DNA of 46,334 nucleotides, from IMG/VR virus record IMGVR_UViG_3300020045_000388, positions 1 through 46,334 of that record. The stretch is one strand, 5' to 3'. The stretch's first letter is position 1. Every line of letters starts with the position of its first letter. The position numbers and the translations under genes were made by a program. The notes beneath the pieces are model-generated. The model saw only the letters and a program-made list of their open reading frames with translations, searched no databases and was not told the origin of the DNA. Origin of the DNA: a virus. Lineage: Duplodnaviria > Caudoviricetes. Positions 34,085 to 43,967 of this stretch are shown one piece after another.

Positions 34085-35783
34085 TTGTTTTCCCATTTAC
34101 GTAATTCTCGGCAGAAACAATCTGCGCATCAGTGCTTTGTGCGCCACGAATGATCAGGCTGTAGAGGTGACCGTTGAATGGTAGGGTTGTGCCCCCGCGT
34201 GAGCCGATGTAGAGGGGATAGTTGCCGTAGTTTCCGGTGCCTTGCGGAGTAGCTACAACTGTTTGTACACCACTAACCCTTAGAACGCTTACCTGGGCCG
34301 ATATGCTTGAGTACGCCGTTAATACTTTCGTTACAGCTCCTGCAATTGCTGCTGATGTATTTTCTATTACTGTTGTTCCACCAGAACTGTATGAGAAAGC
34401 CCCGCTAGTGACTCTAGGGGCAAACAGTGCAAACACCCCAACATTTACAGCAGCAGATGCACTTAACTCAGCACACACCGCTGTCGCAGCATCACTCAGC
34501 TTCCGCACCCCCGCCACCACCGTCATCTTATCCGTAGCTGTGAAATCAATGCTGGCTGTGGCAAGTGCGTCATCGACGCCGTCGAATTTGAGGTAGGGCT
34601 TGAAGCCTACGGTGTCATAGTCTGTTGCGGTGTTGACGCGCTGGTATCTGGTGGCAGTGGAGCCGGTTCCTAGTTGTGCATCAGTAACAAACAGTGTTCC
34701 AGTTACAGTCTCGTCCCTGTGCACATAGACACCGACAGAAACGCAACCGGCAGGCGTTGTAAATGGGATTGTAATGGTTGTGTAGGTATCAGCATTGATT
34801 AAATTATAGTATGAAGTTGCCGGTGCTATTTCTGACGAGCCTGTAAGGTTATAGACACTATACTTAGCCTGAGTACAAGTTCCGCGTCTGGCCTTAAACG
34901 TAAAAACATAGTTTGTTAGCGGCAATACCGTAACTGCCTGTCTAATATACCCAACCCCCAAAATAGTTAGCTCATTTGCTGTTGCTGTGGTTGCACCCTT
35001 CAACCACACAGCATCACTAAAATCCTCAGTCTTCGTCAGCAGATTCACCCTTGCACTCAGCACAGGCCGCTTGGTAGAAGTTGCTTGAGTGGCATGGTTG
35101 CCGGGGAGTTCTTTGACGGAGATGTTGTCTATTTCAAAATATGACCCAGAATCTTGCACTACTGACCACATTACGTATTGCGTAACCTGTTGTGCAGTAA
35201 AGACAAAGGAGTCAGTTCTGCTATTGGCTGCGCTAGGGCTTGATGCAATCGTTGAAAATCCTGCACCGTTACCTATAGCGAGATTTGCACCCCTGCCACT
35301 GGTATTTGTTACCAAAGTCCCTGTTACTCTGTAAGTCTTACCGATAACGCAAGTTACTGCTGAAAAAGCTCGACAGCTCTGAGCGGTGTCCGTGGACGTA
35401 ATTCTCAACGCTGCGTTGACAATCGACAGTGTACCAGCAGTTGTGCCCCACCCACTTAACCCATTACTGAAATCACCGTTAGTCACCAACTCAGGTCCCA
35501 GCACCAACCCCTTACTCTTATCCAGCATCAACCCCACTGGCTGCTCAACCGCTGTCACAGGCGTAGTGCCTACGCTGTCTTGGAACATGGTGCTGAAGTC
35601 GCTGGGGTCATACCAGACGCCTTGTTCTCCATTAATAAATAAAGAGGGAGGAGCCCCATAGGGGTCCAAAACAACCCCAGTGCTGAAGCTAGTGGAGGGG
35701 TTTGTAACAACCCCATATTTAGTAATAAAAGGAGGAGTTGTAGCAGGCCAGCTACCATAGCTAGTGTCTACAGAAGTAGTCAT
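34074..35783 (-). CDS. Virion fibre protein with carbohydrate-binding / lectin-like modules
   Basis: WYDPSD..TMFQD, GPELVTNGDFS, NLLTKTEDFS, FDGVDD and a LamG-like C-terminus. Confidence 0.7.
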   Translation of the reverse strand: MTTSVDTSYGSWPATTPPFITKYGVVTNPSTSFSTGVVLDPYGAPPSLFINGEQGVWYDPSDFSTMFQDSVGTTPVTAVEQPVGLMLDKSKGLVLGPELVTNGDFSNGLSGWGTTAGTLSIVNAALRITSTDTAQSCRAFSAVTCVIGKTYRVTGTLVTNTSGRGANLAIGNGAGFSTIASSPSAANSRTDSFVFTAQQVTQYVMWSVVQDSGSYFEIDNISVKELPGNHATQATSTKRPVLSARVNLLTKTEDFSDAVWLKGATTATANELTILGVGYIRQAVTVLPLTNYVFTFKARRGTCTQAKYSVYNLTGSSEIAPATSYYNLINADTYTTITIPFTTPAGCVSVGVYVHRDETVTGTLFVTDAQLGTGSTATRYQRVNTATDYDTVGFKPYLKFDGVDDALATASIDFTATDKMTVVAGVRKLSDAATAVCAELSASAAVNVGVFALFAPRVTSGAFSYSSGGTTVIENTSAAIAGAVTKVLTAYSSISAQVSVLRVSGVQTVVATPQGTGNYGNYPLYIGSRGGTTLPFNGHLYSLIIRGAQSTDAQIVSAENYVNGKTNAY

Positions 35784-35784
35784 C

Positions 35785-36147
35785 TTAAACTCCCATGAAA
35801 ACTTCGACAGTGGCTCCTGTACCACTAATAGCAGTTACACTAGCACGCATATATTTCCATGGAGCAATGGTTGTCAGGCCGTCAGTTGCCGTAGAGGTGC
35901 CTGACAGAGTAATTGTACCAACTGTAATCCAGTTGGATTTTGTTCCCAGCCATGTGGCCTCTTCATTAGAAGCTTGAATTAGAACAGTTGCTGTAACAGC
36001 ACCAGTTCCTGTGACAATGCCTTGAAAAGAGGCATAGGGAGAATCTTTATAAATAGGGGTGCCATTTGTAGGCACAGCGGTTGTGATACCAGCAGCGGGA
36101 GTAAGATTGAAAACTCGACCGCTCTTAACCCAAACATTCATAGACAT
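35785..36147 (-). CDS. Virion structural protein
   Basis: AAGGA RBS before ATG 36147. Thr/Gly/Ala-rich beta-sandwich-like sequence. Confidence 0.7.
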   Translation of the reverse strand: MSMNVWVKSGRVFNLTPAAGITTAVPTNGTPIYKDSPYASFQGIVTGTGAVTATVLIQASNEEATWLGTKSNWITVGTITLSGTSTATDGLTTIAPWKYMRASVTAISGTGATVEVFMGV

Positions 36148-36180
36148 AATTTTTCCTTTTACCAAGTACGGAGTATAACC

Positions 36181-36216
36181 GAGAAAGAGAGAGAGGAAGG
36201 CAGAGACGCCTTCCTC
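36181..36216 (-). terminator. Probable attenuating terminator after the head genes
   Basis: 9-bp stem GAGGAAGGC/GCCTTCCTC followed on the - strand by a U/C tract rather than pure U. Confidence 0.6.
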
Positions 36217-36235
36217 AGGAGCTTTTAAAAGCGAC

Positions 36236-36697
36236 CTATCGAACGTAATAAATAGACAAGTACATCTCACCTGAAGTGGGTGTACCCGTAGTAGCCAAAC
36301 CAGCGGCCCAGACTTGAATGTCTGAACCAAGAGGAATGCTGTAGTTTTGCATAATACCGATAATAGGTGTAAGTGTAGAACTCACCCCAGCAGCACCAAA
36401 GGCAGCAGAGTTTGCAGCCATGAGCTGTGCACCACCAGAAGCGGTACCCAGTGCTAAAGTGGCAGCAGAAACAGAGCCCCCAGCAAGCTGAGTTTTAACC
36501 CACAAGTCCATACGCAGAATAGAAGCATCTGCGGGAAGAACAGCGACCAAAGTGTTTGTAGCCGTAGTTACAGTGAAATTGGCAGCAGAGAGCTTAACAA
36601 CCTTTACAACAACATCTTTAATATTGCTTGTAGCAGTGGGAGCATTAACAGCCGGGTCGCCTAGAGCAACCTGACCAGCGACGAATTGAATTGCCAT
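36236..36697 (-). CDS. Head decoration / minor capsid-like protein
   Basis: Ala/Thr/Gly-rich 153-aa ORF downstream of the capsid gene. Confidence 0.6.
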   Translation of the reverse strand: MAIQFVAGQVALGDPAVNAPTATSNIKDVVVKVVKLSAANFTVTTATNTLVAVLPADASILRMDLWVKTQLAGGSVSAATLALGTASGGAQLMAANSAAFGAAGVSSTLTPIIGIMQNYSIPLGSDIQVWAAGLATTGTPTSGEMYLSIYYVR

Positions 36698-36700
36698 GTT

Positions 36701-37153
36701 TTATTCCTTAAGAGGTTTACCAATTTTTAAATCAATCTTAGCTTGCTTAAGAGCAAGATAAAGCATGAGTTGAGTGGCATAATCTGTTTCAGTCATTTGT
36801 CTCCAATGTTTCTTGGTAGTCTCTTGAAACTGTACAGCTAAATCTGCCTGTGTCGTCTTTACTTTCATATAAGGTAACACCTCTTTTAAAAAGAAGGCTG
36901 CCCTACGTCCATTTAGTTGCCACTTCATTGTATCACTACAATTCTCTCTCTTATCCCTACGAACAGCAAACTCAGCCCCATCAGGCCAAAGTCGTTTTAA
37001 TTCCGTAGTCATGTAAGGGTCAGTGCTTTGAACTGAGACACGTAAGATATAATTAGTATCTCGCTCTCTATCCTTTCTCTTCTGAGCCATTACGAATATA
37101 CTGCCTTCACCATCGATGATTCCAGCAGTCCATGCTTTATCTGTTTCTAACAT
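36701..37153 (-). CDS. Free-standing LAGLIDADG homing endonuclease
   Basis: AWTAGIIDGEGSI and L..VLPYMKVK..QA.LA..FQ. Confidence 0.88.
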   Translation of the reverse strand: MLETDKAWTAGIIDGEGSIFVMAQKRKDRERDTNYILRVSVQSTDPYMTTELKRLWPDGAEFAVRRDKRENCSDTMKWQLNGRRAAFFLKEVLPYMKVKTTQADLAVQFQETTKKHWRQMTETDYATQLMLYLALKQAKIDLKIGKPLKE

Positions 37154-37196
37154 ATAGTTCCTTACTTCAAATTCAGGGATTGATTAGTTTGGTTGG

Positions 37197-38105
37197 TTAG
37201 GCTCCCGCGGAACCGTAAATTCCTCTAGGATCGGTCCAGCCAAAGGAATAACGAGCGGTGGCCTTGAACTTAGCGTTCTCAGTGTCCCAGTCGTTATCCA
37301 TGTCAAACTGATCAGCACGACGTTCAAAATACTTCATGCCATGTTGGACATTAGTACGAATGAACCAAGCATCAGTATCAGTGAGGTAGTGGTTGGTAAC
37401 AATCTTTGGAATGCTTCCCAGAGTTTTGATGGCATTCAAATCGTTGTTGTCAGTGCCAACACGACCATCAGTACCAAGAATACGCTTTGCTTCAAAGATC
37501 AGCTGACGAGGGATGATGAGCGATTCAGGACGAACAGCAATCAGCAAACCAGCATCATTGGTGAAACCAGCAATATCAATACATGCCTGCTCCAGAGCTG
37601 CTTCAGACAAGTCAGAGGCGGTGGAGATGGTGTTTGACCACGTACCGCCCTTGAGGTTGACGTGAGAAGCAGAAACCATAACCACGCCGTCACCACCAGT
37701 GTAGCCAGCTGTGAAAGCACGGTTATACACGTTAGCAGCAATAACTTCTTTAGTCTGACGCATAGAGAAAGCCAAGCCTTGAGCTTTGCGCTGACCCACC
37801 ACATCATACTGGTCGTCTTCCATCATCTCACGGGTAATCACAAAGCCGAGAGCAAACACGGCATGTTGATAACGTGTGATGAAAGCTTGACGCTCACTGT
37901 CATATGAAATTGCAGAACCTTCGGGCTTGTTTACGGCAAGACCAAAAGAGCTGATACCCACGTCCTCTTCAAACGCTTTGCTGGAGGTATGTTTGTCGAA
38001 AAGCTTGTCATACTCGGTTTCATATTCTGCGTACGACTTCCCGTACCAAGCATTGACACCGGGCCACAAGGCCTTGGCAAAAGAGCCACTATTGATAATA
38101 GACAT
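37197..38105 (-). CDS. Major capsid protein
   Basis: LWPGVNAWYG, SSKAFEE, KPEG.AI.YD, GDGV...S.SH, P..LIIP..L and RYSFGWTDPRG. Strongly biased codon usage. Confidence 0.88.
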   Translation of the reverse strand: MSIINSGSFAKALWPGVNAWYGKSYAEYETEYDKLFDKHTSSKAFEEDVGISSFGLAVNKPEGSAISYDSERQAFITRYQHAVFALGFVITREMMEDDQYDVVGQRKAQGLAFSMRQTKEVIAANVYNRAFTAGYTGGDGVVMVSASHVNLKGGTWSNTISTASDLSEAALEQACIDIAGFTNDAGLLIAVRPESLIIPRQLIFEAKRILGTDGRVGTDNNDLNAIKTLGSIPKIVTNHYLTDTDAWFIRTNVQHGMKYFERRADQFDMDNDWDTENAKFKATARYSFGWTDPRGIYGSAGA

Positions 38106-38127
38106 ATCAGTCTTCCTTTCTTAAAAA

Positions 38128-38751
38128 TTAGACGCCGGTCGTACCGAGCGAACCATACAACGAACTATTCAGCGTAACATAGTAGCTGAAATAAGTGTCG
38201 CCGGGGACGTTATCAGGACGAGACGGGAAACCAACAATCTTGAGAGGAAGAGTGGAGGTCGTTGCCAAGCCAGTAGAGTCCAGCTGCATGCCCGACGAAC
38301 CAGAGGTTGTCGAACCAGCAGTCGTAGTAAACTGACCATTGAGGCCCACATTGGCTGTAATAGTAGCAGCGGCCACCGAAGTACCTGCATACTGAACTTC
38401 ATACACCAATTGAGGATCATCAGCAACAAGCACATAACGGTCCGTAGATGCCCGACGATACACAGGAGTGTTCAGATCGGAGACAGCAGGAACATTAGTA
38501 ACTTCATTACCAACACCAGAAAACAAAATACCCACAACCACACCAACAGGGATGTCCGTTGCGCCACAGCGGGTAACCGTAGGAGCGCCGGAAGCTGCAC
38601 GAGCATCACCAGCAATCTTTACAGCATCACCAACCATAACCACAGTGGAATCACCAGAGGCCATAAAATACAAATTGGCTTTGCCCGAATAGGGCGCACC
38701 AGAAATAGTTTTAACAGGACGGAACCCGTTAATACGCGAAACACTTGCCAT
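38128..38751 (-). CDS. Capsid-associated (decoration/cement) protein
   Basis: GFRPV, GDAVK and VADDP.LVYEVQ. Immediately upstream of the capsid gene. Confidence 0.7.
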   Translation of the reverse strand: MASVSRINGFRPVKTISGAPYSGKANLYFMASGDSTVVMVGDAVKIAGDARAASGAPTVTRCGATDIPVGVVVGILFSGVGNEVTNVPAVSDLNTPVYRRASTDRYVLVADDPQLVYEVQYAGTSVAAATITANVGLNGQFTTTAGSTTSGSSGMQLDSTGLATTSTLPLKIVGFPSRPDNVPGDTYFSYYVTLNSSLYGSLGTTGV

Positions 38752-38803
38752 TAGTTATTCTCCAAATAAGCAAAGAAATAATTTCCTAATGGCACAAATT
38801 GGA

Positions 38804-39214
38804 TTAACTACGAGTAATTTCGAGTTTACCATAAGTACCATCAAGAGCTTTAGCTTTGGTGGAGTTTTCAAGTTCGTCAACACGAAGCTGTTTGGCTGCT
38901 TGATCCTCTTCGTACCATTCTTTTTTGATACGAACAACAAACGCCTTTTGGCCCTGTCCAACAGAAACTTGGCTAAGAGAGCCTTCCGAAGAAGACTTAT
39001 TAACCTTTTTATCCCCCACCTTCACGGAATCATCTTTCACCAGCTCATAGCCAGCTTCCATGAATTCCTGCACCCTGTCTCCAGAGTCGTTAATAATCCG
39101 ATACACGTAGTTGGGGTCTTTCCCAGCCACTGTCAACACGTTACGGGTACCAATAGGGGTACGTTTAACGCGGCTCTCTGGAGCTTTTGCGATTGCTTCT
39201 TTAATGTCACTCAT
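38804..39214 (-). CDS. Conserved head-module hypothetical protein
   Basis: Y.YRIIND..DR......GYE.V and RIKKEWYEEDQ. Confidence 0.7.
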   Translation of the reverse strand: MSDIKEAIAKAPESRVKRTPIGTRNVLTVAGKDPNYVYRIINDSGDRVQEFMEAGYELVKDDSVKVGDKKVNKSSSEGSLSQVSVGQGQKAFVVRIKKEWYEEDQAAKQLRVDELENSTKAKALDGTYGKLEITRS

Positions 39215-39216
39215 AA

Positions 39217-40008
39217 TTACTCTCCTCTAACGGATTTTAAATCTTTAATGTAATCGGCCTCAGTCATTACACCGGACCGTACAAAACGTTGCATCACTCG
39301 ACGCTCATCATCGGAAAGAACAAACGAACCGCCTGTCTTGCCACCTTTGTTAGAACTACCCTCTACAGCACCCGGCTTGTCTCTATTGACGTTGCGGAAC
39401 TTGTTGGGGAATACGTCTTTTACCTGTTTCTCAATCTCTTTGAGAACATTGTCGGGTTTCATGCCAGCAGCCGCTAAGTTTCGGCCAATGCCATCTGCCC
39501 ATGTTTTCATATTGGTATCACTTTCATACCATTTATTTCGAGCTGTCCAGCTTACAAACTCTGGTGCTGGTTCAGGGGAACTAGAATATTCCTCTTGCAC
39601 ATTGGTTTGTTTAAGCTTGGTTTGTTCATCTCGAACCAGATCAATCTGGTCATCAATGCGCACAACTGTAGCAGCATCGCCTTCTTCCAAAGCTGTACGC
39701 TTTTGGTCTTTAAGGCTTTGCAAGGCACGGGCATATTCTGTTTCTCGTACAGAATTGTGATGACGTTTCATGTCATCCAAAGCACGTTTCAGTTCTTTAA
39801 TGTTGCGATTTTGATCGTCAATTTTATGGAAGAGTTCTCCCCTATCGAGGAACTCCTTAGCGGGACGCCATTGACTTTTATCACCTTCCCACTCATCTTC
39901 TGGAACCCATCCAGAATCCATTGCCCGTTGTTCTATTTCCGTGGGCTCATGTTTTGCATCTTCTGCGGGGGCCTGAATATCCAGACCCGGTTTGATTTCT
40001 TCAGCCAT
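39217..40008 (-). CDS. Scaffolding protein
   Basis: Charged coiled coil, GWVPEDEW, N.WY and C-terminal LSDDE...M...GVMTEADY. It lies between portal and capsid. Confidence 0.72.
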   Translation of the reverse strand: MAEEIKPGLDIQAPAEDAKHEPTEIEQRAMDSGWVPEDEWEGDKSQWRPAKEFLDRGELFHKIDDQNRNIKELKRALDDMKRHHNSVRETEYARALQSLKDQKRTALEEGDAATVVRIDDQIDLVRDEQTKLKQTNVQEEYSSSPEPAPEFVSWTARNKWYESDTNMKTWADGIGRNLAAAGMKPDNVLKEIEKQVKDVFPNKFRNVNRDKPGAVEGSSNKGGKTGGSFVLSDDERRVMQRFVRSGVMTEADYIKDLKSVRGE

Positions 40009-40018
40009 CTAAAGCTCC

Positions 40019-40345
40019 TTATTCTTCGTGAAACACACAAATGACATCCTCGTCATTGAGTGCGACAAACTCTTCTTGAGTAGCAGGATCGGTAATAAAT
40101 TTACCGGAAAACCGTGCATATGCAATGCGATCTCCAACCGTAATGGGAGACTCAGTACCAAAGTCTCGAAAGGCCGTGGAACCAATGGAAATAACAGTTC
40201 CCGTATCTACACCAGCTTGGGCGCGTTTACGATCTTCTGTTTCTGCAAGTTGCAATCCTAGAGTACGCAATCGAATATAATCGACAGAGGTTTCCTCTAG
40301 GAGGTCCTGCTTAATGAGGATTCGGTGTAGAACAACCTTAATCAT
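40019..40345 (-). CDS. GroES-like co-chaperonin
   Basis: IKVVLHRILIK, GTVISIG, VGDRIAYARFSG and LNDEDVICV. Confidence 0.82.
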   Translation of the reverse strand: MIKVVLHRILIKQDLLEETSVDYIRLRTLGLQLAETEDRKRAQAGVDTGTVISIGSTAFRDFGTESPITVGDRIAYARFSGKFITDPATQEEFVALNDEDVICVFHEE

Positions 40346-40551
40346 TCTGCTACCTCCTGTTCATCATACTCAATGTTAACCATATCCTTGTAGGCCTTGA
40401 TTGCCCCGACATACTCACGGTCTTGAACGGGGTTCGCCCCTGCTTGATCGCTCAAGATTTCTTGTAGGTCAAAGATGCGTTGGTTTAGTTGACTGAAAAC
40501 TACCTGTGTTACCGGGTGCCGCTTCCAGTCTGTGAAATCACTTCGATTCAT
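40342..40551 (-). CDS. Hypothetical protein
   Basis: F..WK.HPVTQ pattern with ATGA overlaps. Confidence 0.7.
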   Translation of the reverse strand: MNRSDFTDWKRHPVTQVVFSQLNQRIFDLQEILSDQAGANPVQDREYVGAIKAYKDMVNIEYDEQEVAE

Positions 40552-42602
40552 TTCTTAATGGGTCCTTTAGTGGCTTGTTGTTTTTTAACGGCAGCCATTT
40601 CTTTAGCGTTGTTCATTTTCTGGTTGTGTGCACCTTGTTTCTGCACAATGCCTTGGATGAATTTGGCCTTGTCTTGCGCTGTCCGTATGTTTTCTGTATG
40701 TGTAGCAATAGCCAATTGCACACTAGCTAACATCTCTTTGTTCCTCATTTCCATATCAGCAGCTTGAGCTTTCATAGCTTGCTGGAACTGTTGGTCTCTT
40801 GCCGCGAGTTCGGATTTGAAGGCACTTTCTTGTTGTTTGATTTGACTTGCTTGTCCCATTGCTTGAATCTTTGCTTGGCTTTCGAGAAGCTTAGGATCAG
40901 GCTGTGGTTCAGGCATTTGTCCGGTTTGTGCAACATCTTGTCGCAGAAGTTCCTCGTAATTGGGTTGCTCTTGAGCTTCCAAAACACGGAGACCGACTTT
41001 AAGAGGGTCTAGGATGCCAAGAGGCAAGAGCTCCATAAGCCCCTGAGCCTTAAGCAGCTTCTCTGTTTGAGACACTGCTGTGGGATCAGCCCCCGGATAG
41101 ATGTTATGGCTGGACATCTTAAAGTCATCAGGACCAACTTCCATATCCACAACATCCACATAAGTCTGTGGGTTAAGATAGAGTTCGTTGAGCCTAGCCA
41201 ATTTCTTAAACTCTTCTGACAAACTACGGTAGATACGTTTGTAAACAGCAGTGAACACTTTCATCCCCTGCTCAACTGTGGCCATTGTCGTTGTGGCCGG
41301 GGTGTTCTGCCCTGGCATCTTACCTGTGAAGATTTCGGCAATGGAAGCGAGCTCTTTTCCGCTCGTGATCAGCGAGCCCATGAGCTGGAACAAGACATTA
41401 GAAGGTTCCTTACTAGGCATAGGAACAATTTGTTTCTTCAGGTCATCTCCTGTAGAATTAACTACTTTCCATTCTCCGGGCTGGAAGCGGGTCTCTCCCA
41501 TTCTGAGGCGGAGTCCTTTTCCAAGGAAGCCAGATTGTAAGTTATTTAGGGTGCCTGCGTCAACAAGCTGATTGATTAGGGTGTTAACGCTCTCGTTAAT
41601 AGGACCAAGCAAAACACCAAAGCCAATATCATAGAAACTCCCGTCAGGGTTCGGAATAAAACCGAATTTCGTATAGTATTGAATTGCGTCAATCTTTTTA
41701 ATCTTACCCTCATCATCCAGTTTAATAGTAGTGTCATCAAACCTCGCAGCTATACGTAAGACTTTGTGGCTTTCTTTATGGAAAGTCACAATGTAAGGTT
41801 CTTTATACCCATCCTCATCTAAATCAAGGTAGGTGTGCTGCTCGATAATAGTATAGGGAGTTGTACTGTCTACTGAAGCAGGAAGGTTTTTAATATCCCC
41901 CACCGTGCCCTCAGGTTGAGGAGCACTGCCTAAATCAATATCAAGCCACATGCCTGTTTGCTGTCGCTCTTTAACCTTGCGTGGAGAAACCTCTAAAATC
42001 TCAGAAATTCGCTCAGAATCCCGTAGAGTTTTTGTCCAGTAGTTTACCACAAGATTCTTAGGCATGATGATGGAAGAGCAATTGCGCTCATTCAACCCAT
42101 CCCAATAAGTCTTCTTGAACATAGTGCCCACAATAGGCAGCATGATGAGAAGCTTGTCCATCTCTTCTTCCCAGCCATCCATCTCTTGTAAGAGTTGGTA
42201 GGACATATAAGTAGAAACAGCTTCTGCTACCTTGCTTTTAGCGCCATCTGGGTCCTTACCAATCGCCTTAGCCTTAACCACCTTCCCATCAGAAGGGAGT
42301 AGGCTAGGATAAGCACGAGCAGCAAACTGGAGGGCAGCAGTAGACAGAATTGGATATTTAATATTAGAAGCTTTAGGCCACGGCCAAGTTTTTGGCTCCA
42401 CTGCCTGACGAGCAAGTTTAGTCCACTCATCGACATTCTTTTCCCAATCCTTTCGAGACTCCAGATCAAGTTCAAACCCTTGAAAAGCTTCTGCCCCAAT
42501 GTCTCGAAGTTGCTGACGACCCTTTTCATCCTTGTCTAGGTGATCTGCAATGTTAACACTCTCTAGCATTGCTGCTAAAGGCTTTTCTTCTTGTTCATCC
42601 AT
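40548..42602 (-). CDS. Portal protein (P22-like with a C-terminal Gln-rich barrel)
   Basis: 684 aa directly after TerL, with PWPKASN, QFAARAY, GTMFKKTY, NQLVDAGTL and a coiled-coil tail. Confidence 0.88.
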   Translation of the reverse strand: MDEQEEKPLAAMLESVNIADHLDKDEKGRQQLRDIGAEAFQGFELDLESRKDWEKNVDEWTKLARQAVEPKTWPWPKASNIKYPILSTAALQFAARAYPSLLPSDGKVVKAKAIGKDPDGAKSKVAEAVSTYMSYQLLQEMDGWEEEMDKLLIMLPIVGTMFKKTYWDGLNERNCSSIIMPKNLVVNYWTKTLRDSERISEILEVSPRKVKERQQTGMWLDIDLGSAPQPEGTVGDIKNLPASVDSTTPYTIIEQHTYLDLDEDGYKEPYIVTFHKESHKVLRIAARFDDTTIKLDDEGKIKKIDAIQYYTKFGFIPNPDGSFYDIGFGVLLGPINESVNTLINQLVDAGTLNNLQSGFLGKGLRLRMGETRFQPGEWKVVNSTGDDLKKQIVPMPSKEPSNVLFQLMGSLITSGKELASIAEIFTGKMPGQNTPATTTMATVEQGMKVFTAVYKRIYRSLSEEFKKLARLNELYLNPQTYVDVVDMEVGPDDFKMSSHNIYPGADPTAVSQTEKLLKAQGLMELLPLGILDPLKVGLRVLEAQEQPNYEELLRQDVAQTGQMPEPQPDPKLLESQAKIQAMGQASQIKQQESAFKSELAARDQQFQQAMKAQAADMEMRNKEMLASVQLAIATHTENIRTAQDKAKFIQGIVQKQGAHNQKMNNAKEMAAVKKQQATKGPIKK

Positions 42603-43967
42603 TTAATATCCTGTATGGGACGAGCGCCCTTGGTGTGTAAGTTCTGAGCCCTCAAGAGACTCGGCATATTCATCCTCTTCTGCTTCCTCTTTAGTAGGGG
42701 CTTCTAGAAGATTGTCCAGCATAAGTCCTAAATAAGCAAAAGCATCCACTTGGTCATCATGTTTTCCCCGTGGAAAAGACAGACATTCATTCTCAAAGAT
42801 GGGGTACCAGTCCCCTTCCTTATCAAACTTAAGACCATGTGCTCGTGTTCGTGCCTGAATACTCCGGGCACGTGTTGTTTTATCTTTTCCGCCATGCTTC
42901 AAGAGCAAAAGACTGATGAAAGTGTTGGTCTTAATCATCTCTTCTCGTAAGAAGGGACCAATTGACTTGGAAACCTGCATGTCTTCTACACCAAATGCTA
43001 CAGGATCATACAAACGCTGTAGGGCTAAGAAAGTATCGACAATCTCACGACCATCCATACGCTCTCTGATGACATTCTTGACATGTATAATCTTTTCTTC
43101 GTCTACTCCAGCTACAACAAACACTGAAAAGTCAGCTTTCTCTGTTTCAGAGATAGCCAAGTCAGCTGTGATGTAGTAATTAAGCCTTTTTTTCCTGTCT
43201 TCTTCGTTGATGTGCTGAAAGTCTCCTCGTTTAAAGAAGGAAACACTCTCATCAATGGGTTCATTGAGGTATTCTTGACTGTAAATATCTGTAGTGCCAT
43301 CTTTAACAGCATCCTCATACAGCATTTTAAAGTCTTCTTTGCTCTTTTTAGAAGGCCAGAGGAGCTTAGAGAAGTCAGAATTGTGTGCACGGTATTTAAC
43401 CGCTTTCCACATCATCTTTCTTTTGGAGTATTGCTTAAGGTCTTCAAGGACAGTTTGCTTGTCTGAGGGATTGGGCATTAAACGCTCTAGAAGGCTGTCA
43501 GCGTGCAATATGGTACCCACCATCCGGACAATGCCAGAATCGCTCCTACAGGGCAGTAGGGCTCCTTTAAACCACCTTCGCATCTTCTCCCTACGTTCTT
43601 TGTTCATGACAAGCTCGTCATTCTCAAAGTCGTCAATCATAATGATGTCCGGGCGAGAGCCATTCCAAATCAATCCACGAAGCTTCTGTTCCGCTCCCTT
43701 GGCAATTATTCGGAACCTATGTCCCCCCGTACACTCAACTATTATGTCCGTTTCAGTGTCTTTAATAAACTGAACGAGCCCTTTTTCATTTCGTTTAATT
43801 CCAAACAAGTCAATCAGCTCTTGGTTGTCCTGAAGCTCTTGTTTGAATGTTCCTAAGAACAGAGCTGCCTGTGCTTCCGTGTCGGAGACAAGCAGCATAA
43901 ATTTTCTTTCCTTGAATAACAAGGTTGCTAGGCCGTAGCCTAATGTCACTGCCGTAGATTTAGCGTG
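42603..43967 (-). CDS. terL: Terminase large subunit, exon 2
   Basis: HAKST (second half of Walker A), RG...RPDIIMIDDFE (Walker B), VGTILH, SQEYLN, ADLA, and FPRGKHDDQVDA. Confidence 0.92.
   Translation of the reverse strand, partial: HAKSTAVTLGYGLATLLFKERKFMLLVSDTEAQAALFLGTFKQELQDNQELIDLFGIKRNEKGLVQFIKDTETDIIVECTGGHRFRIIAKGAEQKLRGLIWNGSRPDIIMIDDFENDELVMNKERREKMRRWFKGALLPCRSDSGIVRMVGTILHADSLLERLMPNPSDKQTVLEDLKQYSKRKMMWKAVKYRAHNSDFSKLLWPSKKSKEDFKMLYEDAVKDGTTDIYSQEYLNEPIDESVSFFKRGDFQHINEEDRKKRLNYYITADLAISETEKADFSVFVVAGVDEEKIIHVKNVIRERMDGREIVDTFLALQRLYDPVAFGVEDMQVSKSIGPFLREEMIKTNTFISLLLLKHGGKDKTTRARSIQARTRAHGLKFDKEGDWYPIFENECLSFPRGKHDDQVDAFAYLGLMLDNLLEAPTKEEAEEDEYAESLEGSELTHQGRSSHTGY

Noticed and set aside
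29699-35783. Diversity-generating retroelement acting on the fibre genes
   Set aside because: No reverse transcriptase, and I saw no template/variable repeat pair.
19965-43773. Numerous + strand ORFs in the structural arm and - strand ORFs in the early arm
   Set aside because: They are antisense shadows of well-supported genes, with no RBS or motifs.
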